DNA of 64,000 nt. Origin: Nitrospirota bacterium (GTDB lineage: Bacteria; Nitrospirota; JACRHJ01). The notes below the pieces were generated by a model, which made no database searches, was not told where the DNA came from, and saw only the letters and a program-made list of their open reading frames with translations. Of the stretch, positions 22,329 through 32,840 are shown one piece after another (position 1 is the stretch's first letter; the number at the start of each line of letters is the position of its first letter). The stretch spans positions 1-64,000 of the forward strand of contig CAWJRJ010000016.1 in assembly GCA_963845245.1 (NCBI GenBank), given 5' to 3'. A program made the position numbers and the translations under genes.

Positions 22329-23261
22329 ATGCTCAGATCAGCGGTAGTGACACTGGCACTGGTCCTGGGGCTATGGTGCAACGCCCTGGCGGCCGAAAAG
22401 TCGGTCGGAGTCGTCTTGTCCGGGGACCTGCCTCGATATCAGGAGGCCCACAAGGCGTTCGTCAATGCCCTGGCAAGGGCGGGTTTTGACCAGAACAAGG
22501 TATCCATCATAGTCCAGGCGCCCAACCCAGATCCGATGTCGTGGACGAACAGCATAAGGAAGTTCGTAGGCGTCGACGTCGACGTCATAGTGGCTTACGG
22601 GGCACCAGCGGCCCTCGCCGCCGTCAAGGAGACGTCTTCGATCCCGGTCGTCTTCGCGTACGTATATGACCCCGTTGCGTGCGGCACCAAGAGGAACAAC
22701 TCCACGGGAATTAGCTCGAAGGTCCCCATGGTGACGCTCCTTAAGACTCTAAAGTCCATAGTGCCGTACAGCAAGCTCGCGGTGCTCTACAACCCCGATG
22801 AAAGGGACTCGGTTATCCAGCTCGACGAGGTGAAGAAAAATTCTACGGCCCTCGGTTTCAAGGTCATCGAGGTGGGTACAAAGTCCTCCGCCGAGGTCAG
22901 GGGCAAGGCATCAAGGGTGGCAGGAGAAGCCGACTGCTTCTATGTTTCCTGCAGCGCCGCCGTAAACAAGGAAGCGTCGGGCATTATCGGGATAGCGAAC
23001 AAGAACAAGATCCCCGTGGTCACGCAGGTAGGCGGCCTTTCGGAGAAGGGCGCTCTCCTTGCGCTTGCCCCGTCGTCCGCGGAACAGGGCGAGCTTGCGG
23101 CAATGCTGGTCGCCAGGATACTTAAGGGAGAAGCGGCCGGAGGGATGGCCATTGAAAATGCAAAAAAGGTAGACCTGGTTTTGAACCTCAAGGCGGCGGG
23201 TTCGCTTGACCTGAAAGTGCCATTTGATGTCCTTAACGCGGCCACAAAGGTCATCAAATAG
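22329..23261 (+). CDS. Periplasmic substrate-binding protein (ABC_sub_bind type), no cognate permease nearby
   Basis: Signal peptide (ALA-AE), IPVVFAYVYDPV, NSTGIS, QGELAAMLVARILKG, LVLNLKAA. Confidence 0.85.
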   Translation: MLRSAVVTLALVLGLWCNALAAEKSVGVVLSGDLPRYQEAHKAFVNALARAGFDQNKVSIIVQAPNPDPMSWTNSIRKFVGVDVDVIVAYGAPAALAAVKETSSIPVVFAYVYDPVACGTKRNNSTGISSKVPMVTLLKTLKSIVPYSKLAVLYNPDERDSVIQLDEVKKNSTALGFKVIEVGTKSSAEVRGKASRVAGEADCFYVSCSAAVNKEASGIIGIANKNKIPVVTQVGGLSEKGALLALAPSSAEQGELAAMLVARILKGEAAGGMAIENAKKVDLVLNLKAAGSLDLKVPFDVLNAATKVIK

Positions 23262-23271
23262 GGAGGCGTAA

Positions 23272-25392
23272 ATGAAAACAATATTATCGGCCAGGTCCTT
23301 GAAGATAAAAGCGCTGCTTACGATAGCCGTGCTGCTGCTGGTAGTCATAGGAGCGCTTACCGCTTACCTGTCATACGATTTTACTGGAGCCTACACCGAG
23401 GCCGTGCTAAGGAGCTCGTTTACGGTTGGCGAAGGGTTCAGAGATGATTTGTCGAAGTCCATTAACCTCGGGCTCCCGCTGGAAACCCTTGGGGGCGTGA
23501 GCGAGAAGTGCGCTGAAATAACAGCAAAGGACAAAAATACTGGCTATTGCATGATTACCGATACCAAGGGCAAGGTGCTTTTCAGTAACGATGCAGCCCT
23601 TGTCGGTACTGAAATGAAGGATGTGGTAAGCCAGGCAGCCGCAAACTCGCCCAAGGAGGGCTTCTGGGTATTCAAGTACAAAAACAAGAGGTATTACGAT
23701 ACGGTAGTACCACTTAAAGACGCCGAAGGCAAGCATATAGGCGCGCTCAGGGTCGGCATCGACTACGAGGGCGTCGCAAGCCAGAAGAACACCATTTTGA
23801 TCAGGGCTGCGCTGGTTGGGCTGGCTTCGCTCGTCGTTGCCATGATAGCGTTTGCCATCTTCATAAGCAGATTCATAACGACCCCTATTGAATACCTGGT
23901 TAGCACAGCCACCCTGATTGCCCATGGCGACCTCACCAAGACGATAGACATGAAAAGGAACGACGAGTTCGGGGAACTGGGAAGCGCCATCAATACGATG
24001 GTTTCCAACCTCAAAAATATGCTTGCGAAGGTGAAGGAGGCCTCCATAAGCGTCGCCAACGCGACCGAGAGGATAGCCGTCAGCTCCAGGAAGCTGACGG
24101 AAGGCGCCCAGACACAGCACGAGATTACCGAGAGCACCTCGTCCTCTATGGAGGAGATGAACGCATCGATAAGGGAGGTCGCAGAGAGCGTCGAGTCTCT
24201 TTCGGCGTCCGCGGAGTCTTCTTCGTCTTCGATCATGGAGATGGCCGCTTCGATAGACGAGGTTGCGGCCAGCACCTCGGAGCTGTCGTCGTCGGCGGAA
24301 TCGACTTCTTCCTCCATCGTGGAGATGGCGGCATCGGTCAAACAGGTCGCCGAGAACGTGGACATACTGTCGTCTTCCGCAGAAGAGACCACCGCGTCTG
24401 CGACACAGATGGGGGCTTCGATAAAAGAGGTCGAGACGGTGTCGAAGGAGTCCACAGCTATATCCGACAAGGTTACGGCCGAGGCGGCAGGCATAGGGAT
24501 GAAGTCCGTCGAGAAGACGATCGAGGGGATGGAGGAAATAAAGGGTACCGTCGAGAAGGCTGCAAGGGTCATCGAGCAGCTTGGCGGACGATCCGAGGCA
24601 ATCGGCGAGATATTGAACGTCATCGACGAAGTCACCGACCAGACCTCGCTGCTGGCCCTGAATGCCGCCATCCTGGCGGCTCAGGCGGGCGAGCACGGCA
24701 AGGGCTTCGCGGTCGTGGCTACGGAGATAAAAGACTTGGCCGAGAGGACTTCGTCTTCGACTCAGGAGATCGCCAAGCTGATCAACTCCGTCCAGTCCGA
24801 GGCGAAAGACGCAGTGGCGTCGATAAGAAGCGGCCAGGCAAGCGTAGTGCAGGGCGTAAAGATTGCACACGAGGCCAAGGACGCCCTTATGAAGATACTT
24901 GAAAGCTCACAGATGGCGGCCACGATGTCAAAGAGCATCGAGAAGGCCACCGTGGAACAGGCGGAGGGCATAAGGCAGGTCACCGGCGCCATGTTCTCCA
25001 TAAGCGACATGGTGCAGCACATACTCACTGCGACCCAGGAACAGAGCAAGGGCTCCGAGCAGATAATGAGGGCCTCGGAGAAGATGAACGAGATAGCCCA
25101 GCAGGTGAAAAACGCTATGGTCGAGCAGGCAAAGGGAAGCAAGCAGATAACCATGGCGGTTGAAAACGTCTCCGACAAGGTACAGCATATCGCCTCTGCC
25201 ACATCTGAGCAGAGGAAGGGGAGCCAGGAGATAGTGGGCGCGTTGGGCAAGATCCGTGATATCACTTCCAAAAATCTCGAGCTGGCCGAGGAGATGGACC
25301 AGTCGGTCATGGAGCTGAGCATGCAGGCCGACGTCCTCAAGGAAGAGATCGGCAGGTTCATGCTTTTGAACGACGCCGGCAAGAAGGCGTAG
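23272..25392 (+). CDS. Methyl-accepting chemotaxis protein with Cache-like periplasmic domain and extended signalling domain
   Basis: Two TMs, [48 protein letters not shown]. Confidence 0.93.
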   Translation: MKTILSARSLKIKALLTIAVLLLVVIGALTAYLSYDFTGAYTEAVLRSSFTVGEGFRDDLSKSINLGLPLETLGGVSEKCAEITAKDKNTGYCMITDTKGKVLFSNDAALVGTEMKDVVSQAAANSPKEGFWVFKYKNKRYYDTVVPLKDAEGKHIGALRVGIDYEGVASQKNTILIRAALVGLASLVVAMIAFAIFISRFITTPIEYLVSTATLIAHGDLTKTIDMKRNDEFGELGSAINTMVSNLKNMLAKVKEASISVANATERIAVSSRKLTEGAQTQHEITESTSSSMEEMNASIREVAESVESLSASAESSSSSIMEMAASIDEVAASTSELSSSAESTSSSIVEMAASVKQVAENVDILSSSAEETTASATQMGASIKEVETVSKESTAISDKVTAEAAGIGMKSVEKTIEGMEEIKGTVEKAARVIEQLGGRSEAIGEILNVIDEVTDQTSLLALNAAILAAQAGEHGKGFAVVATEIKDLAERTSSSTQEIAKLINSVQSEAKDAVASIRSGQASVVQGVKIAHEAKDALMKILESSQMAATMSKSIEKATVEQAEGIRQVTGAMFSISDMVQHILTATQEQSKGSEQIMRASEKMNEIAQQVKNAMVEQAKGSKQITMAVENVSDKVQHIASATSEQRKGSQEIVGALGKIRDITSKNLELAEEMDQSVMELSMQADVLKEEIGRFMLLNDAGKKA

Positions 25393-25419
25393 ACGTCACG
25401 ATGACGGAAAGAGGTTGAC

Positions 25420-25947
25420 ATGGCAGGAAATATGGGGAAACCTGACGTCCAGATATCCGGGGGCGAGGTGCAGCTTGCCGTTTTCAAGGTCGGCGGCGAG
25501 GAGTTTGCCGTAGACATCATGGAGATAATGGAGATCATCCGCCCCCAGAAGATAACAAAAGTGCCGAAGGCCCCTGCCTTCGTCGAGGGCATCATAAACC
25601 TCAGGGGCAAGATAGTGCCGGTCCTGGAGATGAGGGGCAGGTTTGGCGGTGCGGCATCGGCCGACCCGAAGCATGCCAGGATAATAATCGTTAAGGCCGA
25701 GGAAAACCTGTTCGGGATCGTGGTCGACGAGGTTTCAGAAGTCATGTACCTCTCCCGCGACCTCATAGACAGCACTCCTGACGTAGTAAAAGGAGTCGAT
25801 GTCGAATACCTCAAAAACGTCGGGAAGGTCGGCGACAGGCTCATCCTGATCCTGGACACCGCGAAGCTGCTGACGAAAGAAGAGATAAGGGAACTAAGGG
25901 GTGTCGGAGAACAGGTTGAAGCCTCTGAAGCAAGGCAGGAAGGTTAA
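25420..25947 (+). CDS. cheW: CheW coupling protein
   Basis: QLAVFKVGGEEFAVDI, VPKAPAFVEGIINLRGKIVPV, GIVVDEVSEV. Confidence 0.93.
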   Translation: MAGNMGKPDVQISGGEVQLAVFKVGGEEFAVDIMEIMEIIRPQKITKVPKAPAFVEGIINLRGKIVPVLEMRGRFGGAASADPKHARIIIVKAEENLFGIVVDEVSEVMYLSRDLIDSTPDVVKGVDVEYLKNVGKVGDRLILILDTAKLLTKEEIRELRGVGEQVEASEARQEG

Positions 25948-25956
25948 GGAGCGGAT

Positions 25957-27931
25957 TTGGAGAAAATGAAAGAAGCGTTGGCCTTGTTTGCGTCCCCCGA
26001 CCCTGAGCTCAGGCGGCAGGCTGTCATCGAGTTCGCGAATGCGGGCTCTGCCGTGCCGCTGTTGCAGGCGATAAACGACGGCGACTGGCGCGTCAGGAAA
26101 ACGGCTGTCGACGCCTTGGTTGATATCGGTGGCGAAGAGGTCTTCGAGGGGCTTTTCAAGGCCCTTTTCTCCGAGGACAACGCGGGCGCAAGGAACTCCG
26201 CCGCCGAGGCGTTCGTAAAGACGGGCCCGCATGCGGCGGCATCCCTGTGCAAAAGGCTTGGCGAACCCGATGCCGACGTCAGGAAGTTCATAGTGGACAT
26301 AATCGGCGAGATTGCCGACAGGGCGAGCATCCCCGCGCTTATAGGAATGCTGGAAGACCCGGACCAGAACGTCCGCGCTTCTGCGATAGAGCACCTTGGC
26401 AAGATGAAGGCTGTTGAAGCGCTTGACATGCTTGTCCAGATAATGAAGACCGAGGACCAGTGGCTCGCCTTCACCGCGGCAGCTGCGCTGGGCGAGATTG
26501 AGGACAGAAGGGCCGTCGCCCCGCTGATTGAGGCCGCATCCGATAAATACCTCAGAGAGGCTGCGCTCGATGCGCTCTGCAGGATAAGCGACGAGTCGGC
26601 CTGGGACGTGTTCCTTGAGTACCTTTCAGACCCTGCGCAGGTCATAAGGCAGGTAGCGGTCAAGGGGCTCGCGAAGGTCCTGGCGTCCTCAGGTCAAAAG
26701 GAGCAATATCTCAGACTCACTCAAAAACGGCCTGACGGGGGACACGCTGTCCTTTCTTGCATCATGCCTGAAAGAAGAAGATCCGGAACTGCAGAACTCG
26801 GCCCTGCGCCTCATTGGCGAGGCGGGAATTAAAACGCATGTAGAAGATGCCGCAAGGCTGCTATTACATGAAGAAACCAGGGGCGCGGCCTACAACGCCC
26901 TCCTGGGGATAGCGCGGCAGGGCGTCGAGCCCATGCTGTTTCTGCTGACAAACCCGGAGGCGCTCATACGCTCTTCCGCAGCCTCTATCCTCGGCGAGGT
27001 GGGAGACCCGCGGGTCGTGAACTTCCTGATCCCAATACTTCAGGATGAGAACGGACACGCGAGGGGCGCGGCTGCAACGGCGCTCGGAAGGCTCGGCGAC
27101 CCTAAATCGGTCCAGCCGCTGTTCGAGCTTCTGCGCGACGAATACGAGGACGTTCAGGAACAGGCGATCTCCGCACTCGGCCAATTGAGGGGTGCCGGCC
27201 TTGCCGAAGGGCTCAAGGACCTTGCTATTGACGAGGACCCGGATATAAGGAGGAACGTTGCATCCCTGATCGGGCTGCTTGACGGGCCGGATGCGTCGGT
27301 CATACTTAATGACCTGTTGAAAGACGAAGACGCTGAGGTCAGGAGGACAGCGGTATGCTCTTTGGGCAAATCCGGACCTCGTAACCTGAAGGTTATCCTT
27401 AAAGCGGTAACGGACGAGGATTCCTATGTCAGGCTTGCGGCGGTAAACGCACTCGCCGAGATCGGGTCCGAAGATGTGGTCGAGGCGCTTGTGCTTCTGC
27501 TTGGCGACGTTGACCCATGGGTGCGCTCGGCGGCTGCGAGGGGCCTGGCCGGGACGGGCTCGAAGAGGGCAGTGGAGGCCCTGATGCCGTTGCTCAAGGA
27601 TTCGTACGGCCCAGTCCGCATCGCCGTGGTCGAGGCCTTGGGCGAGACACGGAACGAGGCGGCCATCGGGCCTATAAAGGAATCTCTCCGTGATAGCGAC
27701 CCGGAGATAAGGAAAGCCGCTGTGGGCGCCCTTGTGAACTTCCCGGGCGCCGAACTGGGCCGCGACCTTTCGCCGCTTCTGGAGGACGAGAACTGGAGCG
27801 TACGCAAGGCGGCGGTAGAAACGATAGGCGCGCTTGGCGTGCCTGGATTGAGGGAGCTTCTTGGGAAAGTTGCTGTTTCAGACGAGGACGACATCGTAAG
27901 GGAATCCGCTGCAAGGTTTCTAAATGGATGA
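25957..27931 (+). CDS. HEAT/PBS-lyase repeat protein (frameshift ~26720)
   Basis: Many D-x-D-x-x-VR-x-x-A-x-x-ALG repeats across ORFs 25957-26832 and 26933-27931. Confidence 0.85.
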
Positions 27932-28786
27932 TTTAATAGAGCTCCCGGAAGATATCTTCAGGCTTCTCAGGGACTACATAAGGGATTACTGCGGGATGTA
28001 TTTCGACGGGAACTCGAAATACCTCCTTGAGCGTAGGCTGTCGCGCAGGGTCCGCCTTCACCAGTTCAAATCGTTCAAGGACTACTACCACTTCCTGACC
28101 TACGACAGGAGGAGGGAGACCGAGCTTGTGGAGGTCATAGACTGCCTTACTACGAACGAGACATATTTTTTCAGGGAGGAGGCGCAGTTGAGGGCCTTCA
28201 CGGACGAGATTATCCCGGAACTTGCCGCGACGAAGAAGGACAAGACTCTCAAAATATGGAGCGCCGGTTGCTCGACGGGTGAGGAGCCGTACACCATCGC
28301 CATGCTCCTCCTTGAGAAAGGGCTGCCTGAATGGGCTGGGACATCGAGATTATCGGGAGCGATATAAACCAGAAGGTACTGACGTCCGCCAGGCGGGGCA
28401 TATACAAGAGGGGCTCTTTCAGGACGACGGACGACAAGCTTTTGAACAAGTATTTCAAGGAGGAGTCCCCCGGCAGCTTCAGGATAGGCGACGAGGTTAA
28501 AAGGCTCGTGAGCTTCAGCTACCTGAACCTGTTCGACCCGTACAAACTGAGTTTCATAAAAGACTTTGACATAATATTCTGCAGGAATGTTATAATTTAT
28601 TTCGACGCGGTGTCAAAAAAGAAGCTTATCGAGACATTCTACGGCAAGATGGCGCCCGGCGGGTTCCTGCTTCTCGGACACGCGGAGTCGCTGCTGAACA
28701 TATCCACGTCCTTCAAGCTGGTGCACCTTAAAAACGACATGGTGTACCAGAAGCCGCTTACGGCTGCACCTTCCCTGGTGCGGTGA
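27924..28786 (+). CDS. cheR: Chemotaxis methyltransferase CheR (frameshifts ~28320-28335)
   Basis: TTNETYFFRE, IWSAGCSTGEEPYTIAM, GSDIN, FDIIFCRNVIIYFD, LLGHAES. Confidence 0.93.
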
Positions 28787-28805
28787 GAAAGATAGGGGAC
28801 AAAGC

Positions 28806-29852
28806 TTGATGAGGTTGATAAAAGTACTTGTGGTAGACGACTCTCCGGTAAACAGGAGGGTGTTGTCTGAGATGCTGGAGTCGTCGCCTTTCATAACCGT
28901 GGCCGGTGTGGCCGGGGACGGCGAAGAAGCGATCCAGCAGGTGGTAAAGCTCAAGCCGGACCTTATCACGCTTGACCTCGAGATGCCCAGGATGGACGGC
29001 TTCACCTTCCTTCGCTGGCTGATGAAGTCCGCGCCGGTACCGGTCATCGTGATAAGCTCCAAGGCCGACGACAAGAGCGTAATAAGGTCGCTGGAGTTCG
29101 GGGCTGTGGATTTCCTGCCGAAGCCGCTCGCGCAGGGGGAGGCCCTCGAAGAACTCAAGTTCGAGCTGATCGAGAAGGTCAAACTCTTCGCGCCGCTGGA
29201 GATGGCCAAGGTAAAGGGCTCCCTGGCCATATTGGACCAGGCCTCAAAGTCCAAACCGCTGCCGCACAAGGCCGGACAACCTGCTATAGACGTGGTGGCA
29301 GTGGGGTCGTCGACAGGCGGGCCGCCGGCGCTGCAGGCGATAATCACAAAACTGCCGGTGAACTTTCCTGCAGCCGTCGTCGTATCGCAGCATATGCCGG
29401 CAAACTTCACGAGGTTCTTCGCGGAGAGGCTGGACAAGCTTTCCGCCGTTGAGGTGAAGGAGGCCGAGAACGGAGACATACTGCAGCCCGGCCGTGTTCT
29501 GATAGCCCCCGGCGGCAGCAATATGACCTTCGGGCGGACCAGCGGGGGGATAAGCGCTATAATCCAGAAACCCAGGCCGGAAGACAAATACGTGCCGTCG
29601 GTCGACGTCATGATGAAGTCCGCCGCATTGAACTACGGCAGCCGGGTCATGGGGGTGATACTGACCGGGATGGGCAACGACGGTAAGGAGGGTATGGGGC
29701 TTATAAACGGCATGGGCGGCCCTACCCTCGCGGAGTCAAAGGAGACGGCGGTGATATACGGTATGCCCAAGGAGGCTGTTGAAGCCGGTTTCGTCGACAA
29801 GGTCGTGCCGCTCGGACAGATTGCGGGCGAGATTATAAAAGCGTGCGGCTGA
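28806..29852 (+). CDS. cheB: Chemotaxis methylesterase CheB (receiver plus esterase)
   Basis: VLVVDDS, TLDLEMP, GSSTGGP, QHMP, LTGMGNDG. Confidence 0.95.
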   Translation: MMRLIKVLVVDDSPVNRRVLSEMLESSPFITVAGVAGDGEEAIQQVVKLKPDLITLDLEMPRMDGFTFLRWLMKSAPVPVIVISSKADDKSVIRSLEFGAVDFLPKPLAQGEALEELKFELIEKVKLFAPLEMAKVKGSLAILDQASKSKPLPHKAGQPAIDVVAVGSSTGGPPALQAIITKLPVNFPAAVVVSQHMPANFTRFFAERLDKLSAVEVKEAENGDILQPGRVLIAPGGSNMTFGRTSGGISAIIQKPRPEDKYVPSVDVMMKSAALNYGSRVMGVILTGMGNDGKEGMGLINGMGGPTLAESKETAVIYGMPKEAVEAGFVDKVVPLGQIAGEIIKACG

Positions 29853-29889
29853 AAGCGAAACCGCCTTACGCCGGGAGACGGAGGTATTT

Positions 29890-30730
29890 GTGGACGACAG
29901 GAACAAGGAAGGCTTCGGCCAGATAAAGAGCAAGGCGGAGGAGTTCCTCCAGATATTCAGGAAGGGCGAGGAGTTCACCCAGGAGATCCTTAAAGAGAAC
30001 GAGAAGCTCCGCTTCAAGATTGTCCAGCTTGAGGAGGAAAACCTCGCGCTCAAGGGTTCGGACGGCGGAAAGATAAAGTCAATGCAGGAAAAGCTCGCCG
30101 TCCTCGAAGAGGAGAACCGCAGGCTGATGGAACATTACCGCGCGGCGGAGCTTGAGAACAAGAACTTCGCCGAGAAATACCTCGAGGTGGAGCAGGAGAA
30201 CAACAACCTGGCTAACCTTTACGTCGCGAGCTACCAGCTTCATTCCACGCTCGATTTCAACGAGGTGCTGAAGACCGTCCTAGAGATAATTATGAACCTG
30301 GTCGGCGCCGAGAAGTTCGCCATCATGCTGCTGGACGAGAAGACAAACCAGCTGGCGGCCGTGGCAACCGAGGGGGTTTCCGTCGAGGAGATGCCGCAGA
30401 TAAACATCGGGGACGGGATAATCGGCAAGGTCGCGCTGATCGGGAGACAGCCATTTCTCCGACAACGGAACGGTATCATCCGGCCTGACCGACCCCATCG
30501 TATGCATACCCCTCAAGATAAAAGACCACGTGATAGGTGTACTGGTTATCTATCACCTTCTGCTGCAGAAGGAGGGCTTCACGGACGTCGATTACGAGCT
30601 GTTCTCGATGCTGGCGGGACATGCGGCTACAGCTATTTTCTCATCGAGGCTCTACTCGCAGTCCGAGAGGAAGCTTGTTACAATACAGAGTTTTCTGGAA
30701 CTTATAAAAGACAAACCTGCGGGCGAGTAA
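29890..30730 (+). CDS. Coiled-coil plus GAF domain protein (frameshifts ~30440-30485)
   Basis: EQENNNLANLYVASYQLHSTLDF, GDGIIGKVA, then IPLKIKDHVIGVLVIY...LAGHAATAIFSS in another frame. Confidence 0.8.
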
Positions 30731-30748
30731 TAAGCCCTTATTTCGGAG

Positions 30749-31129
30749 GTGGAGATGGCGGAAGTGAATTTCCTGGTAGTCGAAGATTCCCCGACTATGC
30801 GTCAGCTTATATCGTTTGCTCTTAAAAGGGTGCACGGCTCGAAGATCGTCGAGGCTTCTGACGGAATAGACGCGCTCAAGAAGATATCGGCGCAGAAGTT
30901 CGACCTTGTCCTTACGGACATAAACATGCCGATCATGGACGGCCTGAAGCTGGTCTCGCTCATACGCGGCAACGAACAGCACAAGGATATGCCGATCATA
31001 ATCATTACGACGGAAGGCGCGGAAGAGGACAGGAAGAAAGGCCTTGCATTAGGCGCTAACGGCTACTTGTCAAAGCCCATCCAGACGGCTGAGCTTTTAA
31101 AACTCGTCAACCAGCTTGTAGCGAAATAG
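30749..31129 (+). CDS. cheY: Single-domain response regulator (CheY-like)
   Basis: LVVEDS, LTDINMP, ITT, YLSKPI. Confidence 0.88.
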   Translation: MEMAEVNFLVVEDSPTMRQLISFALKRVHGSKIVEASDGIDALKKISAQKFDLVLTDINMPIMDGLKLVSLIRGNEQHKDMPIIIITTEGAEEDRKKGLALGANGYLSKPIQTAELLKLVNQLVAK

Positions 31130-31131
31130 GG

Positions 31132-31743
31132 TCAGCGCGTGAAACCCAGCATCCGCTGGCAGGAAAGTAGAGACACCGCCCACACGACGTCGAGCGCAAT
31201 ATGTCTGCCGGCGGTGGAATCGAATAGAAGGCTTATCCTCGCCTGGAACTCGTCATCCTCAAGCCACAAGACGAAAGCCATTGAGACGCGCGGGAAGAAG
31301 TTGAACCTGAAAGCCGCGTCCCCAAGCATCAAAGGCTCACCGCCCATGGCCCTGCCAGCTTCCTCAAAGAGCTCCTTGTCTCGGCCGTACTTTTCCGAGA
31401 GCGCGTCGAGCGGGAGGGTGTGCGACCCCCTGAAGAAGAAATCCCCTCCCTTAAACTCTTTTACGAGTTCACCGGAAGCAGGTATCTCCCTGGCCGTCAG
31501 CATGTAGGCAGGTATTGAGAGGTTCAGGAAATGCTCGTGTTTCCTGGTTGGGTTGGTGAGGTTTTTTACCTTCCGTGCATTCGGGTCCACCTCGTAATGC
31601 TCGGCCAGCACCACGATATCATAGGTCTCGGAGTCAGGAAGCCAAACAGCAAGGCTTCGTCTCGCCACTGAACGAGGGTCGGCCTCTGAAAGCTCGCGCC
31701 AGGCCTTCTCCTCGCCGGATTCCAGGTTGTATTTTTCCTCCAT
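31132..31743 (-). CDS. DUF3786-like protein
   Basis: GGDFFFRG, GDAAFRFNFFPRV, LWLEDDEFQA, LLFDST pattern. Confidence 0.7.
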   Translation of the reverse strand: MEEKYNLESGEEKAWRELSEADPRSVARRSLAVWLPDSETYDIVVLAEHYEVDPNARKVKNLTNPTRKHEHFLNLSIPAYMLTAREIPASGELVKEFKGGDFFFRGSHTLPLDALSEKYGRDKELFEEAGRAMGGEPLMLGDAAFRFNFFPRVSMAFVLWLEDDEFQARISLLFDSTAGRHIALDVVWAVSLLSCQRMLGFTR

Positions 31744-32828
31744 TACTTTTTATTGGTCTTCACAAGTTTGATCCCGGCGCTTTTGTAAAGCTGACCGAAA
31801 TCGAAATATGCATCCATAAGCTGTCTGGCACGCGCGACCTTGTTCTCCTCCCGTATACGCGCCTTACCGAGCATGCCCTCCAATATTTCTACCGTAGTCA
31901 GTGTGTCGTGCTTCACCGTGATGAGCGGGACACCCGAGAGCTTCGCCTTGGATATTATGAGGGAGTTGGGCAGCAGGTCGCCGGTGAGGACAATGCATTT
32001 TGTTGACGTCTCGAGGGCGGCGAGCTGGATGTCGGAGCGGTGGCCGCCGGTTATAACCGCCTTGTTAGGTATCCTGCGGAAGTACTTGATGGCGCTGTCA
32101 ACGTCCATGGCCCCGATGGAAAAGTTCTCGACGAGTTCTTCCAAGCGGTCCTCGCAGCAGATTACGCTGCCTCCGAGAGATTCGCTCAACTGCCTTATCG
32201 TGATGGAGTTTAAGAGTTTGTCCGAGGGCAGCATGCCCAGGAGGGCTATCCCGTGCCTTTCAAGGAAGGGTGACACCATGTTCCGCAGGTAGTCCATACC
32301 CTCCTGATGGACGCGGTTCAAGACCACGCCTATGAGTCTATCTCCCAAGGTTAATTTTAATGCTAGAATGCAGTCGAGGCAGGCGTCGCCGTCGAAGGGG
32401 TCAACGATTACCACCTTTGCGTCCATTTCTTTTACCAGTTTCAATCCGGATATCCCGAGCATTGTGCCGTCATGTATGTCCCTTGCGCCGCCGATCAGCA
32501 TGGCGTCCTTGCCTTTGCTTACGCTCTTGTAGGCCTGCATTACCGCGCTGAGCTGGTCCTTGCCCTTTCCGCTTATGGCCTCGGCTATCAGGTCGTGCGA
32601 GAATACCACGGGGCATAGATTGTTTATAGGGTCCGGCAGCCCTAAAGTCTTTTTTATGAAGGCAACGTCGCCGTCAATGAGGATGCCTTTATCAACGACC
32701 GGGATCTTCCCGTACGGTTTCATGTAGCCGACCTTCAAGCCGTCCTCCTGCATCTTCAGTGCAAGGCCCAGGGACACCAGGCTCTTGCCGGAGTAGCCTT
32801 TAGTAGAGCCAATGTATATAGGTACCAT
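31743..32828 (-). CDS. Phosphotransacetylase-N-like protein (BioD-like P-loop plus DRTGG)
   Basis: YIGSTKGYSGKS, GYMKP, IGAM, AVITGGHRSDIQLAALE. Confidence 0.85.
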   Translation of the reverse strand: MVPIYIGSTKGYSGKSLVSLGLALKMQEDGLKVGYMKPYGKIPVVDKGILIDGDVAFIKKTLGLPDPINNLCPVVFSHDLIAEAISGKGKDQLSAVMQAYKSVSKGKDAMLIGGARDIHDGTMLGISGLKLVKEMDAKVVIVDPFDGDACLDCILALKLTLGDRLIGVVLNRVHQEGMDYLRNMVSPFLERHGIALLGMLPSDKLLNSITIRQLSESLGGSVICCEDRLEELVENFSIGAMDVDSAIKYFRRIPNKAVITGGHRSDIQLAALETSTKCIVLTGDLLPNSLIISKAKLSGVPLITVKHDTLTTVEILEGMLGKARIREENKVARARQLMDAYFDFGQLYKSAGIKLVKTNKK

Positions 32829-32840
32829 CCGGACGCCTCC

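Noticed and set aside
23407..25859. Long minus-strand ORFs (487, 302, 365 aa)
   Set aside because: Antisense shadows of the MCP and CheW, expected from codon bias
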